Assembly (NCBI RefSeq): GCF_006345805.1
Contig: NW_021836164.1
Location: 4,220 to 68,219 of the forward strand
Direction: 5' to 3'
From: Octopus sinensis
Taxonomy: Eukaryota
DNA length: 64,000 nucleotides
The translations under genes and the position numbers were made by a program. Positions within the stretch are counted from its first letter, which is position 1. Every line of letters begins with the position of its first letter. The notes below the pieces were generated by a model that was given only the letters and a program-made list of their open reading frames with translations, was not told where the DNA came from and did not search any database. This document shows, piece by piece, positions 1 to 12,145 of the stretch.

Positions 1-134
1 CTTATATGAGAAAAATATCATGCAATGATTGTGTGCCATACAGAAAATATATCATAGAGCAAAGCAAATATACTATAGAGAAAAAAAGTTTTATGGAACA
101 AACATATATCATTATACATAAACATATACATATG

Positions 135-237
135 TGTGTGGGGAGGTAGATAGATATTTAGATATATACGTATGTATACATATATATATATATATATATA
201 TATAATACATACACACACACACACACCACACACATAT

Positions 238-269
<32 letters not shown>

Positions 270-294
270 AATACATACACACACACACACACAT

Positions 295-326
<32 letters not shown>

Positions 327-329
327 CAT

Positions 330-362
<33 letters not shown>

Positions 363-442
363 ATATATATATATATAATATAAATACATACACACACACA
401 CAACATATATATATATAATATATATATATATAATAAATACAT

Positions 443-488
<46 letters not shown>

Positions 489-506
489 CATACACACACA
501 CACACA

Positions 507-541
<35 letters not shown>

Positions 542-548
542 CATACAT

Positions 549-579
<31 letters not shown>

Positions 580-600
580 CACATATATATGTGTGAGTAT
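135..600. repeat. Compound (TA)n/(CA)n microsatellite with a loose 50-60 bp higher-order unit
   Basis: TAAATACATACACACAC followed by a (TA)n run recurs near 268, 321, 381 and 433. Confidence 0.9.
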
Positions 601-1172
601 ACACAAAAATAGAATATCGAGCTAAAAATGAATTTCCTACAATATAAGTAAATTATATGGAAAAAATGTCATATAAAAACAAATAAACGATCATCACTGT
701 GAGTGTGTGTCTTTGTGTGAGTGTGTGTGTGTGTGTCATACAGATGATAAAGAAATATCATGCAATAAATGTATACGATACATAAAAAGATCATAAGGGA
801 GATAAAAGCATAGAGAATGGAAAAAAAGAATATTTTACGATAAAAATACAGCACCCAGAAAGAAAAATATCATACAGACATAAGAATATTATATAGTAAA
901 AAAAAATCGTATCATATAGAAAACAAATATCGCATAGATATAAATAAATCTTATGCAGAAAAAATATCTTCCACATCAAAAAATAGCATCTAGGTGAAAT
1001 ATATTATGCAAAATAACATATTTAAATGTGTAAGCAAAATATATAATACATAGGAGACAAAAGAGAGGGTTAAAATAACATATTTTTTAGAGAAGAAAAG
1101 TGTGGAAAATGTGGTGCAAGAGAGGCCATAAATAAGGGGAAGGTAATGAGAATTAACGGAAAAGAGAGGAAC

Positions 1173-1176
<4 letters not shown>

Positions 1177-1239
<63 letters not shown>
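1177..1239. repeat. (AG)n microsatellite
   Basis: Pure AG dinucleotide run. Confidence 0.97.
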
Positions 1240-1242
<3 letters not shown>

Positions 1243-1699
1243 GCAAAAATCGATGAATTGGTTTCCGAAGTCTGTTTTTTTTTCCTGTGTAACTGATGTA
1301 AAAAAAAACTTTCAATAAATCTCTGAACAAATAAAATGTGTGTGTGGAGGGGGGTGCTTGTGTCTATGTGCGATTCTTATGTCTATGCACGCAGACACAT
1401 ACACAAATATATGTATATATGTAGATGTTTGGAGAGATAGATAGAGTGATGAGCACATGTATATATAGACGTATGTATGTACGGACGTATGTATGTACGT
1501 ACGTATGTATTTTTGTGTGTATGTATGATGGACCATCCCGCCGAAAACGATGTAGAAGTGTTCAGTGAGAAGACAGGAAGAAAAATCCATGTAGACAACA
1601 TGTAGACCCATCACTCTTACTACCATTCACGAACATTTACAATTCGTGCAGTTCACCTGGTGACCCCTCATGTGAGTTCTCGGGCTACCAAAAACCATT

Positions 1700-3010
1700 T
1701 TCATGATCAACACGAGCACGGCTTATCAAATCAGCACGTGATCTAGCTGAACAATCACGTGTACAATGGTGTTTTGCAGGAAGACTGTTGTTCTGTCGGT
1801 TTTTTTCTTCCTGTCTTCTCGTAACTGCTTTTCATGTTGAACCTTCCGACTTTACAAATTCTGAAACTAGGAAAATCTCACTCTTCTCCTCCTCCAGTCT
1901 GCACGGTTTCCGACAAGATTCTCAAAGTTTTCTTTCCTAAAACTCAGGCGTTTCAAATTATCTTTTAATTTGTCCTCATACTGTAGATGTGGCCTGCCTG
2001 CATTAAGTCGTGAATCTACAAGCTGACCATAAAAGATTTATTTTGGCATTCGACCATTATTCATGCGAAGGATGTGTCTACATCATCACATCAGAGATTT
2101 GATCACGGAAGCCTTTATACCGGATGTCCCACACATTTCCAAGATGGCGCTATTTTTCACTCTATTATATCCCTCTCACCTTTGCATATTTGCTTGAGAC
2201 ATCTCACATGATAGCTGTTCAGCTGATTAATGTACCTACGATAAGTTGTCGAGGTCCCTGCTGCATATAAAAGAGTTGTTAGGACAACTGATTTGTACAC
2301 CTCAATTTTTTGTCTTTTTTGAGATATCATAGGCATTGGCCTGTCTAATGTGAGTATGTATCTCCATATCGAGTGTAGCATCGCTTGTTACTGTAGAACA
2401 AAAATATGTGAAAGCACAACAGTTTTCAGAGTTTTGCCTTCAAGAAAGACGCCGGGAAAGATTTTCAGACTGTTACTAGAACCTGGCTGATACAACAGTT
2501 CGCCCTTTTTCATGCAGACAAGCCTATAGATCTGCAAATCTGTCAATGATGCGTTGGATGTCTTCGAGTGTACGAGCAATCAGGAAATAATCATCTGCAA
2601 ATAGTAAGGATCTTATTGTCTGAGATGCAATTTTAGTCCTTACTTCAAAGCGCTGATGGTTGAGCATGCCACTTGTCCTATATTCAAGAAACACGTCCTT
2701 TCCTACATCAGAAAAGGCGCAATCCAGCATTATTGTAAAAAAAAATATTGAAAATAATACTGGTGCCAAATCACAACCTTGTTTTGTACCATTTTTAACA
2801 TCAAAAGGCTTAGTCTAATTGCCATTTGAGAGAACGGATGCCTTCATATCTTTATGTAGGGACACTATGGCATTTAGTATCTGCTAAGGAATCCTGAGCT
2901 TTGCTATTACTTTCCACAAATCCTGTGGACAGACAGAGTCAAAGGATTTTGTAAGATCAACAAATACCACATAGAAGTCTTTATTATTCTCCCGGGCCTT
3001 CTCCTGAGCT
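1700..3010 (-). mobile_element. RTE-clade LINE, decayed RT and 3' part of the ORF
   Basis: Minus-strand translation gives FVDLTKSFDSV, KNGTKQGCDLAPVLFSIFF, LLFADD and KIEVYKSVVLTTLLYAA...YRRYINQLNSYHVRCLKQI, which are typical RTE RT and C-terminal motifs. It has several stops and frameshifts. Confidence 0.9.
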
Positions 3011-3794
3011 GAATGTCGAATTCATTGCTCCTCGACCTGACCTAAATTCACACTGAATCTCTGGACAGACGAAACCGATCAAATCGATGTTAATTTTGTT
3101 TCAGGTGACTGTATTGATGTTTTTTTTTCTCTCCAGTAGAGTGCAGCGATAATTGTCGCATTCACATTTATTACCTTTATACTTATGTAGACGGACAATG
3201 GTTGCATCTTTGAATTATTGAGGGATAATTCCTATTTGCCACATTTCGATCATAAGCGATGTCGATTTATCGATCAAAATATTTCCGCCATATTTTTTTT
3301 TTTTCAATGAATACCTTCTTCTTCTAGGGCTTTTCCATTTGTCAATTGTTTTATATCCACTCTCATTTCATCCAAACATGGATCCAATGCAAGACAGTCA
3401 ACTACGCTTCTTTGGTGGTTATTATTGAGCTTAACACACACACAAACACGCATATACACATACAAAGGGTATAAAATGAATTAATATATGTAAAAAGGAA
3501 TATAAAACTTATAGATAAAAACAGATCACATTTCTCTTATGTAATCGTCTCTAAATTTCTTTCTGTTTTGTAGTAACTCGAGTGGCGTTAGAGGTAAAGT
3601 GCGCAGTCTTTGTTATAGATTCATTAGTTTGATATTTTTCATTTCCACATTCAGACTTTATTGCTATCTTAGTATTAATATAGTTTGGCCATTATTATTA
3701 TCCTTGCAATTATTAATATAATTAATTGTTTCCATATTCTAATCTCTATTTGAGCCATTTTACGTCTAATTGGATTATTATTGTCAACATTTAA

Positions 3795-3846
3795 CGGGCG
3801 GTGCATCAGCATGGCCGCAACTCTGAGCTGAAACTACAGAAAAAAA
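3795..3846 (+). mobile_element. Orphan LINE/SINE 3' tail
   Basis: GGCGGTGCATCAGCATGGCCGCAACTCTGAGCTGAAACTACAG plus an A-run; matches the 3' end of the LINEs at 46212-46253 and 55408-55436. Confidence 0.7.
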
Positions 3847-4069
3847 AACATGGCTTCTACCTTCAGTATGAACATGATTAATGTTGTTCTTGTTGTTGCT
3901 ATTTGTATTACATCTATAATAATCAACATTTGCTGCGGTAAAATACTTTTTTATTTTCTCTACAAATAGAAATCCAAAGGTCTGATGCACTTATTTCTAC
4001 CTATGTTATCGTGATTAGTATGTTCCTTATTATATGTGGTGTTGCTATTTAATATAAGATTATTATTAA

Positions 4070-4460
4070 TAAGATGGCCACTGGTATGTGATCCGAGGAC
4101 AACGAACAAACCCCTAGAGACTGTGTTGGAACAAGGCTGCCTGCTTCACAAGGGGAAGGGTCTTGAAAAAGTGACTCAAGCACCGCTAGCCTTCATTTTC
4201 CAAGACATATAGCAGCGCCTGTCTGGTCACACCATCTGCAGCCGAACAAAAAAGAAATCTCTTCTATTTGAGACTTGGAACATCCAAACTCTGCAAGTTA
4301 ATAGTAACGATGAGAGAAGACATCGGCGAACTGCTTACGCTGCAGCTGAACTGATATTGCTGATGTCAGTGAAACAACATTTGCAGGCGAATGCTCTCTC
4401 ACTACTAAAGGCGAAGGTTATACATATATTGTGAAGCAGGCAGCTCTGTTCCAAAATAGC
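4070..4460 (+). mobile_element. RTE-clade LINE 5' fragment (N-terminus of the AP endonuclease)
   Basis: Translates to ETWNIQTLQ...ERRHRRTAYAAAEL, resembling the RTE APE start TWNVRTL...RRTALVAREL, followed by a degenerate SET motif. Confidence 0.65.
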
Positions 4461-4640
4461 CCCTAAGGGAGTGTTCGTATTCCTCGGATCTCATTCCAGT
4501 AGCCATGTTATTAATCATAAAAATATATCAAACAGAAACACTACATATAACAAGAAGGATACTGATCACGACATCATAGGTAGAAAAAAGTGCATCAGAA
4601 CTTCGGATTCTATTAGTAGAGAAAATAAAAAGTATTTTAG

Positions 4641-4724
4641 CGCGGCATGGGCCAGTGTACTCGCGGCATGGGCCAGTGTACTCGCGGCATGGGCCAGTGT
4701 ACTCGCGGCATGGGCCAGTGTACT
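4641..4724. repeat. Perfect 21-bp GC-rich minisatellite, 4 copies plus a partial copy
   Basis: CGCGGCATGGGCCAGTGTACT at 4641, 4662, 4683 and 4704. Confidence 0.97.
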
Positions 4725-4994
4725 CGCGCCATGCAGCTTGCCCGAGGGCGTTTATACTTCCGCGTTTGCTAACGGTTATTTTTCATACTTCTCTTGTTGG
4801 ATTACATATTCGTTTATCATTTTGCCATCTGTGATTTTATTTTTGATCTTCTATACAAATGAAGATACTTCCTCCGCTTGGCTGCTTTTCTTTCTACAAA
4901 ACGGGAACTGTTACTTTAACGAGGTGTTTTTATTTATCACCCGATGAGATACATTTGCACCACCGGATGCTCCTGGACAGGTTGTTGAGTGTCC

Positions 4995-5039
4995 CACCCG
5001 TGAGGGATCGATACTAGATGTGTCGAAACAATTGTCGTG
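4995..5039 (+). ncRNA. Degenerate minimal type I hammerhead ribozyme
   Basis: CAC-[CCGUGA]-stem II-GAAAC-AAUU-GUC-GUG. Stem I is CAC/GUG and stem III is the palindrome ACAAUUGU with a GUC site, but the CUGANGA core is damaged. Confidence 0.5.
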
Positions 5040-5082
5040 ATTTGATAAATTCTCGTATATTCCATCTTCCGTCTTTCATTTG

Positions 5083-5129
<47 letters not shown>

Positions 5130-5132
<3 letters not shown>

Positions 5133-5417
5133 TAATCCAAACAAGAAAACACAGAAAAAAAAGAGAACAAAACACAGCAACGCAGGACATTCAATATAAA
5201 TCCATTCAATATGTGACCGCGTGTGTATCGTTGGCGACTTTGTTTTCCTCCGTCTTCCTTTCTTTGGATCCTTCCTTTTTCTATGTTTCTAACGAAGAGC
5301 TCCATTCGAAACGTTAAATCCTCCTTCTTTCTTTCCTTTCCTGAGCGTCCAATAACACTATACTTGTTCCACGTCCTCTCCTTGTTGAGTTTTCTCTTTG
5401 TGTTTTCATTTTTGGAT

Positions 5418-5421
<4 letters not shown>
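5130..5421 (+). mobile_element. Short Penelope pLTR-like element with an inverted copy of its own tail upstream (family shared with 14815-15021)
   Basis: 5205-5421 aligns by eye with 14815-15021. 5130-5188 is an imperfect reverse complement of 5368-5421. Both ends abut (TA)n, and it contains a hammerhead-like motif at 5285-5319. Confidence 0.65.
5285..5319 (+). ncRNA. Minimal hammerhead-like motif (CUGANGA-A variant), decayed
   Basis: GUUU-CUAACGA-A-GAG-CUCCA-UUC-GAAACGUU-AAAU; stem III is reduced to the self-complementary ACGU. Confidence 0.5.
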
Positions 5422-5477
<56 letters not shown>

Positions 5478-5481
<4 letters not shown>

Positions 5482-5700
5482 CCTATATGTATGTACCCAT
5501 CCACCCTCACTTGAATCACACACATGTTCACACACACACGCACAAAAAGGTTCATACACACTTCTATATGTGCACATACTCGCATGCACGCACACACACA
5601 CATGTGTATATACGCACATACCCGCACACACGCACACATCCACATGCGCGTATTTTTTACACTTTTTTTACACATTTTTCTGTATTTTGCCTTTAGCCCT
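5478..5700 (+). repeat. Dispersed repeat, with a second copy inverted at about 25830-26000
   Basis: GTGCCTATATGTAT..ACCCATCCACCCTCACTTGAA.CACACACATG matches the reverse complement of 25940-25998. Confidence 0.65.
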
Positions 5701-5774
5701 GTTTTTTCTTGTACGCGTGCGTACATAGGCGGCCATGGCGGAGCACGGACTTCAAAGGTTTTTTTAGCCAAATG

Positions 5775-5900
5775 AATTGCCCCCAGTACTTCTTTTGAAT
5801 AAGTCCGGAGCTTATTTCATCGACAACTTGCACCGAACGGTGACGAAAACATACCGACATCGGTTGTCAAGTTATGGAAGGGAACAAACAACTCTAACTG

Positions 5901-5971
<71 letters not shown>

Positions 5972-6110
5972 GGACGGGCTTCATTCGGTTTTAGGGCTTT
6001 GGTTGGCTCGAGTCTATAGTAGGAGGCACTTGCTCAAGGTGCCACGCAGTGGAACTGAACATCTGTTTGGGAAGCAAGCTTCTTACAACCACGCCTATCC
6101 CCATAGTGAA
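5775..6110 (-). mobile_element. tRNA-derived SINE (family A) with internal (CA)n
   Basis: The reverse complement carries the GTTCAGTTCCACTGCGTGGCACCTTGAGCAAGTG...ACTATAG core shared with 11750-11917 and 40220-40378. Confidence 0.75.
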
Positions 6111-6721
6111 GCCTACAGCTGCAGGGAGAAAGGCAAACAAGCACGTGGACAGGGAAGCAGACAGACACTCACTTACTGGCAGACAGGTAGACAGAAAGGT
6201 AGACAGATAGGTAGAGAGAAAGATGGACGGATGGATAGGTACACGTTTATACCGATAAACATTTATATTCGTATATTTAAAGATACACATGCGATTTTTG
6301 GCTTCTTTTAAAATTTCAATATACAATGTATTCAGATTCGTAGATACAGAGCACATATACGCATACACACTCACACACGTGTCCCTCTCCCTCTCTATAT
6401 ATAAATCTCTGTGTGTGTGTGTGTAAACTTGCACATACGCACGCACACACTGCATATATACAAATATAAATTAGCTGGGTTATTTCATTATATGCAACAA
6501 AAATAGGTTTGGTATTGCATTCATTGCTGCTCACACTGCAGCAATGATTCCTGTTGTTGCTTCTGCTGCTGTTGCTGGTGATGCAACTCTAAATGTGCAA
6601 CTTAGCCACGATAGCGACAACAGTTACAAAAATGATGTATGGCAAAGTGCTACATTCAACGTTTTTATAATTAGCATAAATTACATATATACAAAATATT
6701 TTATTACGTGTGCACGCGTGT

Positions 6722-6782
<61 letters not shown>

Positions 6783-7739
6783 CGTTTGTGCGTGTATTTG
6801 TCATTGTAAGTGTACATATTAGTTGTGTGTGTGTGTGTGTACATAATTTTATTACTATAAACGATTATATATTTTCATATATATATAAATAATCATAAAT
6901 AATTATATATATACAAACATATATAAATACATACGCACTTATGTATAAATGTGTGTATCCATATATGTGTGCATACATGTGTGTGTGTGCGTGTGTGTGT
7001 CCGTGTGTACCTATCCATTTCCTTTGTGTTCTCCGTTTGAACTGGGGTCGATTGTCTGTGGTGGTGTCTAATATGCAGTGAATGCAATGAATATTTAAAT
7101 TTGTGACTAATATATAGGTGTGTGTATATATATATATATATATATATGCATATGTATGTGTATGTATATATATATGTGTGTATGTGTATGTATATATATG
7201 TGTGTGTGTATGTATTTACCTACATGTATCTATCGATATATATATATGTGAGTGTGTGTACATGCATGCGCACGGGTGTGTGTGTGTGTATGTGTGTAGT
7301 CACTCGCATCTTCATAATATTCTAGCCGTTGTGCCACTCCAGCCTGTGTCATTGCCCCAACATAGGGCAAGAGTCTAAACATCACTGTGTCATTGGCATA
7401 AATCGGTAGCCGACGAGGGGTGCCCTGGTATATACCAGATACTTTTATCGGAACCCATGTGACGAAAAGCATTGTTGATCTCGGTAAGATTTTAGCTCAA
7501 AAGTATCAGCGTGTTCGACGCTCCAATGATTTTGCCAATACACACAATTATATCATGCGCGCGTTTCTGTGTTGTGTGTGTGTGCTTGAATGTGTGTGTG
7601 TGTGAGTGTGTGTGTGGGGTGCGTGCGTACTCATACCTATATAGTTATTTTGAAATGTATATATTATAACTATAAACGTGTGCATTATAAATGTGCATTT
7701 AAATATATTTACTTAAAATTTTATATGATCATATAGTTT

Positions 7740-8370
7740 TTGACCAGCTCGAAACTGCTTGACACAACTCTTATAGCATTACGACCGAATGTTAAAGCAA
7801 CTGTTTAACAACTCAGATGTGGACGTAATGTATCCCGACTTTGCAAAAGCCTTTGATAAATTCGACCATGGTATGATATGCCACAAGCTGCGTCATCTTG
7901 GCACTATGGGAAATCTTGGTGACTTTCTAAAAGATAGAAGTCGAGCAACTGTGGCCAGTGGAATAATTTCTGAAGAAATACAAATAATGAGTGGTATTCC
8001 ACAAGGTACCATCCTAGGGCCTCTGCTATTCATAGTGCCCTATCAGACATGCCCTCAGCTACTCAGATAGCCACCCTTGTTAGACACAAAAGTCTCTCAG
8101 AGGATACAGAACCCTGGAGATATTGCGCACCTGCAACAGTTGAACGCAATATACAGGGGAACATAACAAGGCCTGCACTACCAGCAGAGAAAGCTGGATG
8201 AAACGCAGATACGATACTTTGACCCAGAAGGGATTGCAATCTATGGACATTGAGATGAGTAATGATGCGTCTTTCCAGGTGCATATTGCAAAGTTGGCAA
8301 AATAATACAGACGCCTGGCCGGATGTATCCTTAAAACTTTCAGAACGAGGGAAAGTACACTATCAGTAGA
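7740..8370 (+). mobile_element. CR1/L2-group LINE RT fragment
   Basis: DFAKAFDKFDHG, SGIPQGTILGPLLF and, downstream, RRLAGCILKTFRTR; frameshifted; ends in (CA)n. Confidence 0.88.
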
Positions 8371-8405
8371 ACGGTAGGAGGCATTGCACACGCGCTCGCA
8401 CGCAT

Positions 8406-8511
<106 letters not shown>

Positions 8512-8995
8512 TTATAATCAGCAGAAGTTACAGAGAGATTCAAGAACAGAGAGTTTCGTCTGTTAGCACCTTTCAAACTGGTTTCAGGTCAAGGGGGCAC
8601 ACATTTGTATACCGGTGATGCTGGAATTTCCATGAATTCTTCTACAGCAAATTATGAAAGCAGTTACAATCTCACGTGGATACTGCACATTATTCAAACG
8701 GTTTGCCCGTTTCACTGTTCAATACACAAATCTTTGCTTTCGAGGCAGAAAAAAAAAGAACAAGAAAAAAGGAAAAGAAAAGAGGTGGGGCCGACAGGAA
8801 AACGTAAAGTCATGTATGTACACATGCGCACATATAAATGAGAGAACTGATAAATATAAATACAATGTGTACATGAATACACGCGTCCATACGTTCCCAA
8901 ACAGGCATGCATGCTCATGAATTAGCGCACATGCGCATTGACATATGTATAAATATAAAACATAGACGCAGGAGTGTGCATACATACACACACAT

Positions 8996-9032
<37 letters not shown>

Positions 9033-9795
9033 TTCAATAAGTAGAGTTTTTACATTACGTGTATATTAATAGCGAATCAAAACTTAAAAGAGAAAGTGAG
9101 AGACTTTGCAAATGCAAATGGAATACTCGGCAGTGAATGCAATGAATATTTAAATTTGGGGTGAATTGGACTCAGTGAATATTTAAATTTGCGAGAAATT
9201 GGAGTTAAAAAATTCAATAAACTTGAGAAATGTAAATTCTAGGAAATTTCTTAGAACATGAGTTTATAGAAATATTTCCAGATGGTCAACCCTTTAATAA
9301 TTTATTTCTTTTAGTACTTTTAGCAATTGTTACCTAATTAATAAGCAGCTTTCTCTATTATAGTATATATATATATACATATATTGTATCATGAATGGTT
9401 ATGTGGACCACTCCCAACGAAAGCCAGAGCTTCCTTCGACCACTACATAAAATGTATTAAGAAAAAATGTTATTTAGATATACTTTTGTTTTAGTTGTTT
9501 ACATTATTTTACGCTTGTTTATACTCTTATACATTCAAAGTTCACAAATTTCCTTATTTAAATTATGAATCATAATCCTTTCGATAATATCACTATGATT
9601 AGAAAACTTCTTTGTAGACGATATTTTCTGTTTGGTCGACACTAATTTTCAAATTACTGGAGTCTGAACTCTACTCATAGCGACGTATAACCGGCCGTGA
9701 GTAAGCATCGGAGAGAGTAAAAATACACCTACACGATCTAAAGTCTGACCCTGTGCGTTCTTTGCTGTGAATGCGTGAGAGGAATCTTTAGAGTC

Positions 9796-10545
9796 TTTTT
9801 TTTTTTTGCCTCTTTTTAAAGCATTCGCTCGTTACAAGGTCCTTAGACCACTGAAAACTTAAGAGCTACTAGAATAAAATGGACGTTAGTTAATAGATGA
9901 CGATGTACATTAGACTTAAAAGGCTGGAGGTCATATTGAAGAGGAAAACAACACTGCGGAAGGAAATTCCAAAGTTCAGAGGAGCGAGGGAAGAAACTGG
10001 TACTGTGAAGCTTTGTACGACACTAAGGAGGTTTCACAGTATAATGATGAGAACTTGATTCAAGTCTAGTTGATCGCTGATAAGTTCTTAAAAGAAGAAC
10101 CAGAGAAGAGAGCTGAATAATGTCCATGAAAATATTTATAGAAAAGAGACAAGGAAGACACACGACGACGATGAGAGAGTGAATCCAATTTAGAAGATAG
10201 ATCAGGACCAATAATACGGCTTTGAATGCGGTCCAACAGAGATTAACAATCTGCAGGAGCACCTGCCCATATTTGACAACAGTACTCAGTGCAGGGGTGA
10301 ACGGTGGACTTATAAAGATAAAGAATCGTCTCAGTAGTGAGATAACTCCTCGAACAAAGGAGTGAGCCTACCTTAATCGCAGCCGATTTGGCTATAGATT
10401 CAAAGTAAGTCCTCCAAGAAAAATCATAACAGAAAGTCACTCCTAAGAGACGAGGAGAATGACCCTCAGGTAAGTCAATACCATCCAGCGAAACCGACGG
10501 CAAGAAAGGGTTGCAAAAAATTAAGCTAAGACTTACCTCTCAAAG
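9796..10545 (-). mobile_element. CR1/L2-group LINE 3' end with poly(A) tail (distinct family)
   Basis: RLLGVTFCYDFSWRTYFESIAKSAAIKVGSL...YLYKSTVHPCTEYCCQIWAGAP and RSTRLESSSHHYTV. The T-run at 9796-9807 is the A-tail on the minus strand. Confidence 0.85.
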
Positions 10546-11055
10546 TTCTATGCGAATAATGTCGGGATGTTCTGGTACAACGGGTTATTTTGATTGACAA
10601 AACTGAGATCTAAACAACAGCCAATTCGATTAGCCGTTTCGAATCCTACTCGAGTCTAACACACTTCAATAACCACTAAACAATCACACACACTACATAC
10701 TGACACACACGTTTTCCATCTTATTTTCGCTATTAACCGTCCTCGCCATCTCCTTCCTATCTACGACGGGGCCACAAAACTATACGTGGTCGGTAAATTT
10801 TGAATAAAAATGCGAAGGTGGTTTATCAATTCAAAAATCTATATCCATGAATTAATCATACTTTCTGATTTTTTAATGATAAAAGCGTTCCTGACAACCG
10901 TCTTTGTAATCCCGAAAAATGTCGTAACCATATCGTAACGTTTATACATACCATAATAATATTTATAAAATTAAATACTTTGTATTTTACCTAAATGTTT
11001 TTTTACATTCTAGCTACTTGATAAAATCCTGTACAAACTTTATCCTAGATTATAA

Positions 11056-11093
<38 letters not shown>

Positions 11094-11121
11094 GAGTTAC
11101 GGAATGAAGTAGGAAAGATCC

Positions 11122-11206
11122 GAGCTACATATGTTTCATAGTGAGCGGGACCTCAGAAGTGGTAAAATCCCAGTGATGTGTATACGGCCGGCTACTCTTC
11201 AGGACA
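11122..11206 (-). ncRNA. Type I hammerhead ribozyme motif (left arm of the palindrome)
   Basis: On the minus strand: CUGAAGA (11202-11196), stem II closing GUAG/CUAU, then GAAACAUAUGUA (11137-11126). Stem I is decayed. Confidence 0.6.
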
Positions 11207-11266
11207 AGGATATCTCGATTAGATTAAAGGTCAACATGTAACCTTTAATCTAATCAGGATATCCTT

Positions 11267-11350
11267 GGCCTGAAGAGTAGCCAGCGCTATAAACCTCATT
11301 GGGATTTTACCACTTCTGGTGTCCCGCTCGCTATGAAACATATGTAATCC
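11267..11350 (+). ncRNA. Type I hammerhead ribozyme motif (right arm of the palindrome)
   Basis: CUGAAGA at 11270-11276; stem II GUAGC-c-AGCG...CGCU-c-GCUAU; GAAA at 11335-11338; palindromic stem III ACAUAUGU; GUA site ending at 11346; weak stem I. Confidence 0.65.
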
Positions 11351-11524
11351 GGAATCGTTCCTACTTCATTCCGTAACTCTTTTATTTTTATTCGCACACC
11401 CGGCACCCCTGGTCGTCGCCTACCGTGGAATATAAAAAGAACTTTTTTTAGCTTGTCGTTCTTCGATACGAAAATAATCCACAACCTTCCGCCTCAGTAA
11501 ACAACTATTATCCCTTTGCTCTCT

Positions 11525-11917
11525 CCTTTTACTTGTTTCAGTCATTTGACTGCGGCTATGCTGGAGCACCGCCTTTAATCGAGCAACTCGGCCCCGGGAC
11601 TTATTCTTTTGTAAGCCCAGTACTTATTCTATCGGTTTCTTTTGCTGAACCGCTAGGTAACGGGGACATAAACACACCAGCATCCATTGTCATGCAATGC
11701 TAGGGGGACAAACACAGACACACAAACACACACACACATATATATACATATATACGACGGGCTTCTTTCAGTTTCCGTCTACCAAATCCACTCACAAGGC
11801 TTTGGTCAGCCCGAGGCTATAGTAGAAGACACTTGCCCAAGGTGCCACGCAGTGGGACTGAACCCGGGACCATGTGGTTGGTAAACAAGCTACTTACCAC
11901 ACAGCCACTCCTGCGCC
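11525..11917 (-). mobile_element. Full-length tRNA-derived SINE (family A): head, core, microsatellite and LINE-like tail
   Basis: On the minus strand: A-box-like TGGCTGTGTGGT, B-box-like GGTTCAGTCCC, core, and tail GGCGGTGCTCCAGCATAGCCGCAGTCAAATGACTGAAAC. Confidence 0.88.
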
Positions 11918-12034
11918 TCCCTGAAAGTTATATTTATTTTAATATTCACTACGAATTTGTTGAAGTTAACTTTCTTCCTACACCTCGATCCCTGGATCTT
12001 ACATTTACATATACATGTGTGTATACACACACAC

Positions 12035-12093
<59 letters not shown>

Positions 12094-12097
12094 TATA

Positions 12098-12145
<48 letters not shown>

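Larger units (their letters stand above)
11092..11381. repeat. 290-bp fold-back palindrome with about 140-bp arms
   Basis: AAGAGTTACGGAATGAAGTAGGAA...GATTAGATTAAAGGT, a loop at 11232-11240, then ACCTTTAATCTAATC...TTCCTACTTCATTCCGTAACTCTT. The left end abuts (CA)n. Confidence 0.95.

Noticed and set aside
18-606. Long I/Y/C/V/H/T-rich ORFs here and at 18156-18865, 23752-24641, 40513-41565, 54688-55396 and 62207-62569
   Set aside because: They are translations of (TA)n/(CA)n/(TG)n microsatellites, which lack stop codons in several frames.
4641-4724. CRISPR-like array
   Set aside because: The repeats are contiguous with no spacers, and the context is eukaryotic.
4471-4947. 158-aa ORF with (AAWASVL)4
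   Set aside because: Openness is explained by the 21-bp minisatellite and AT-rich flanks, and there is no recognisable domain.
11880-11917. tRNA genes at the SINE heads
   Set aside because: They have A/B-box-like motifs but no complete cloverleaf and continue into SINE core sequence.
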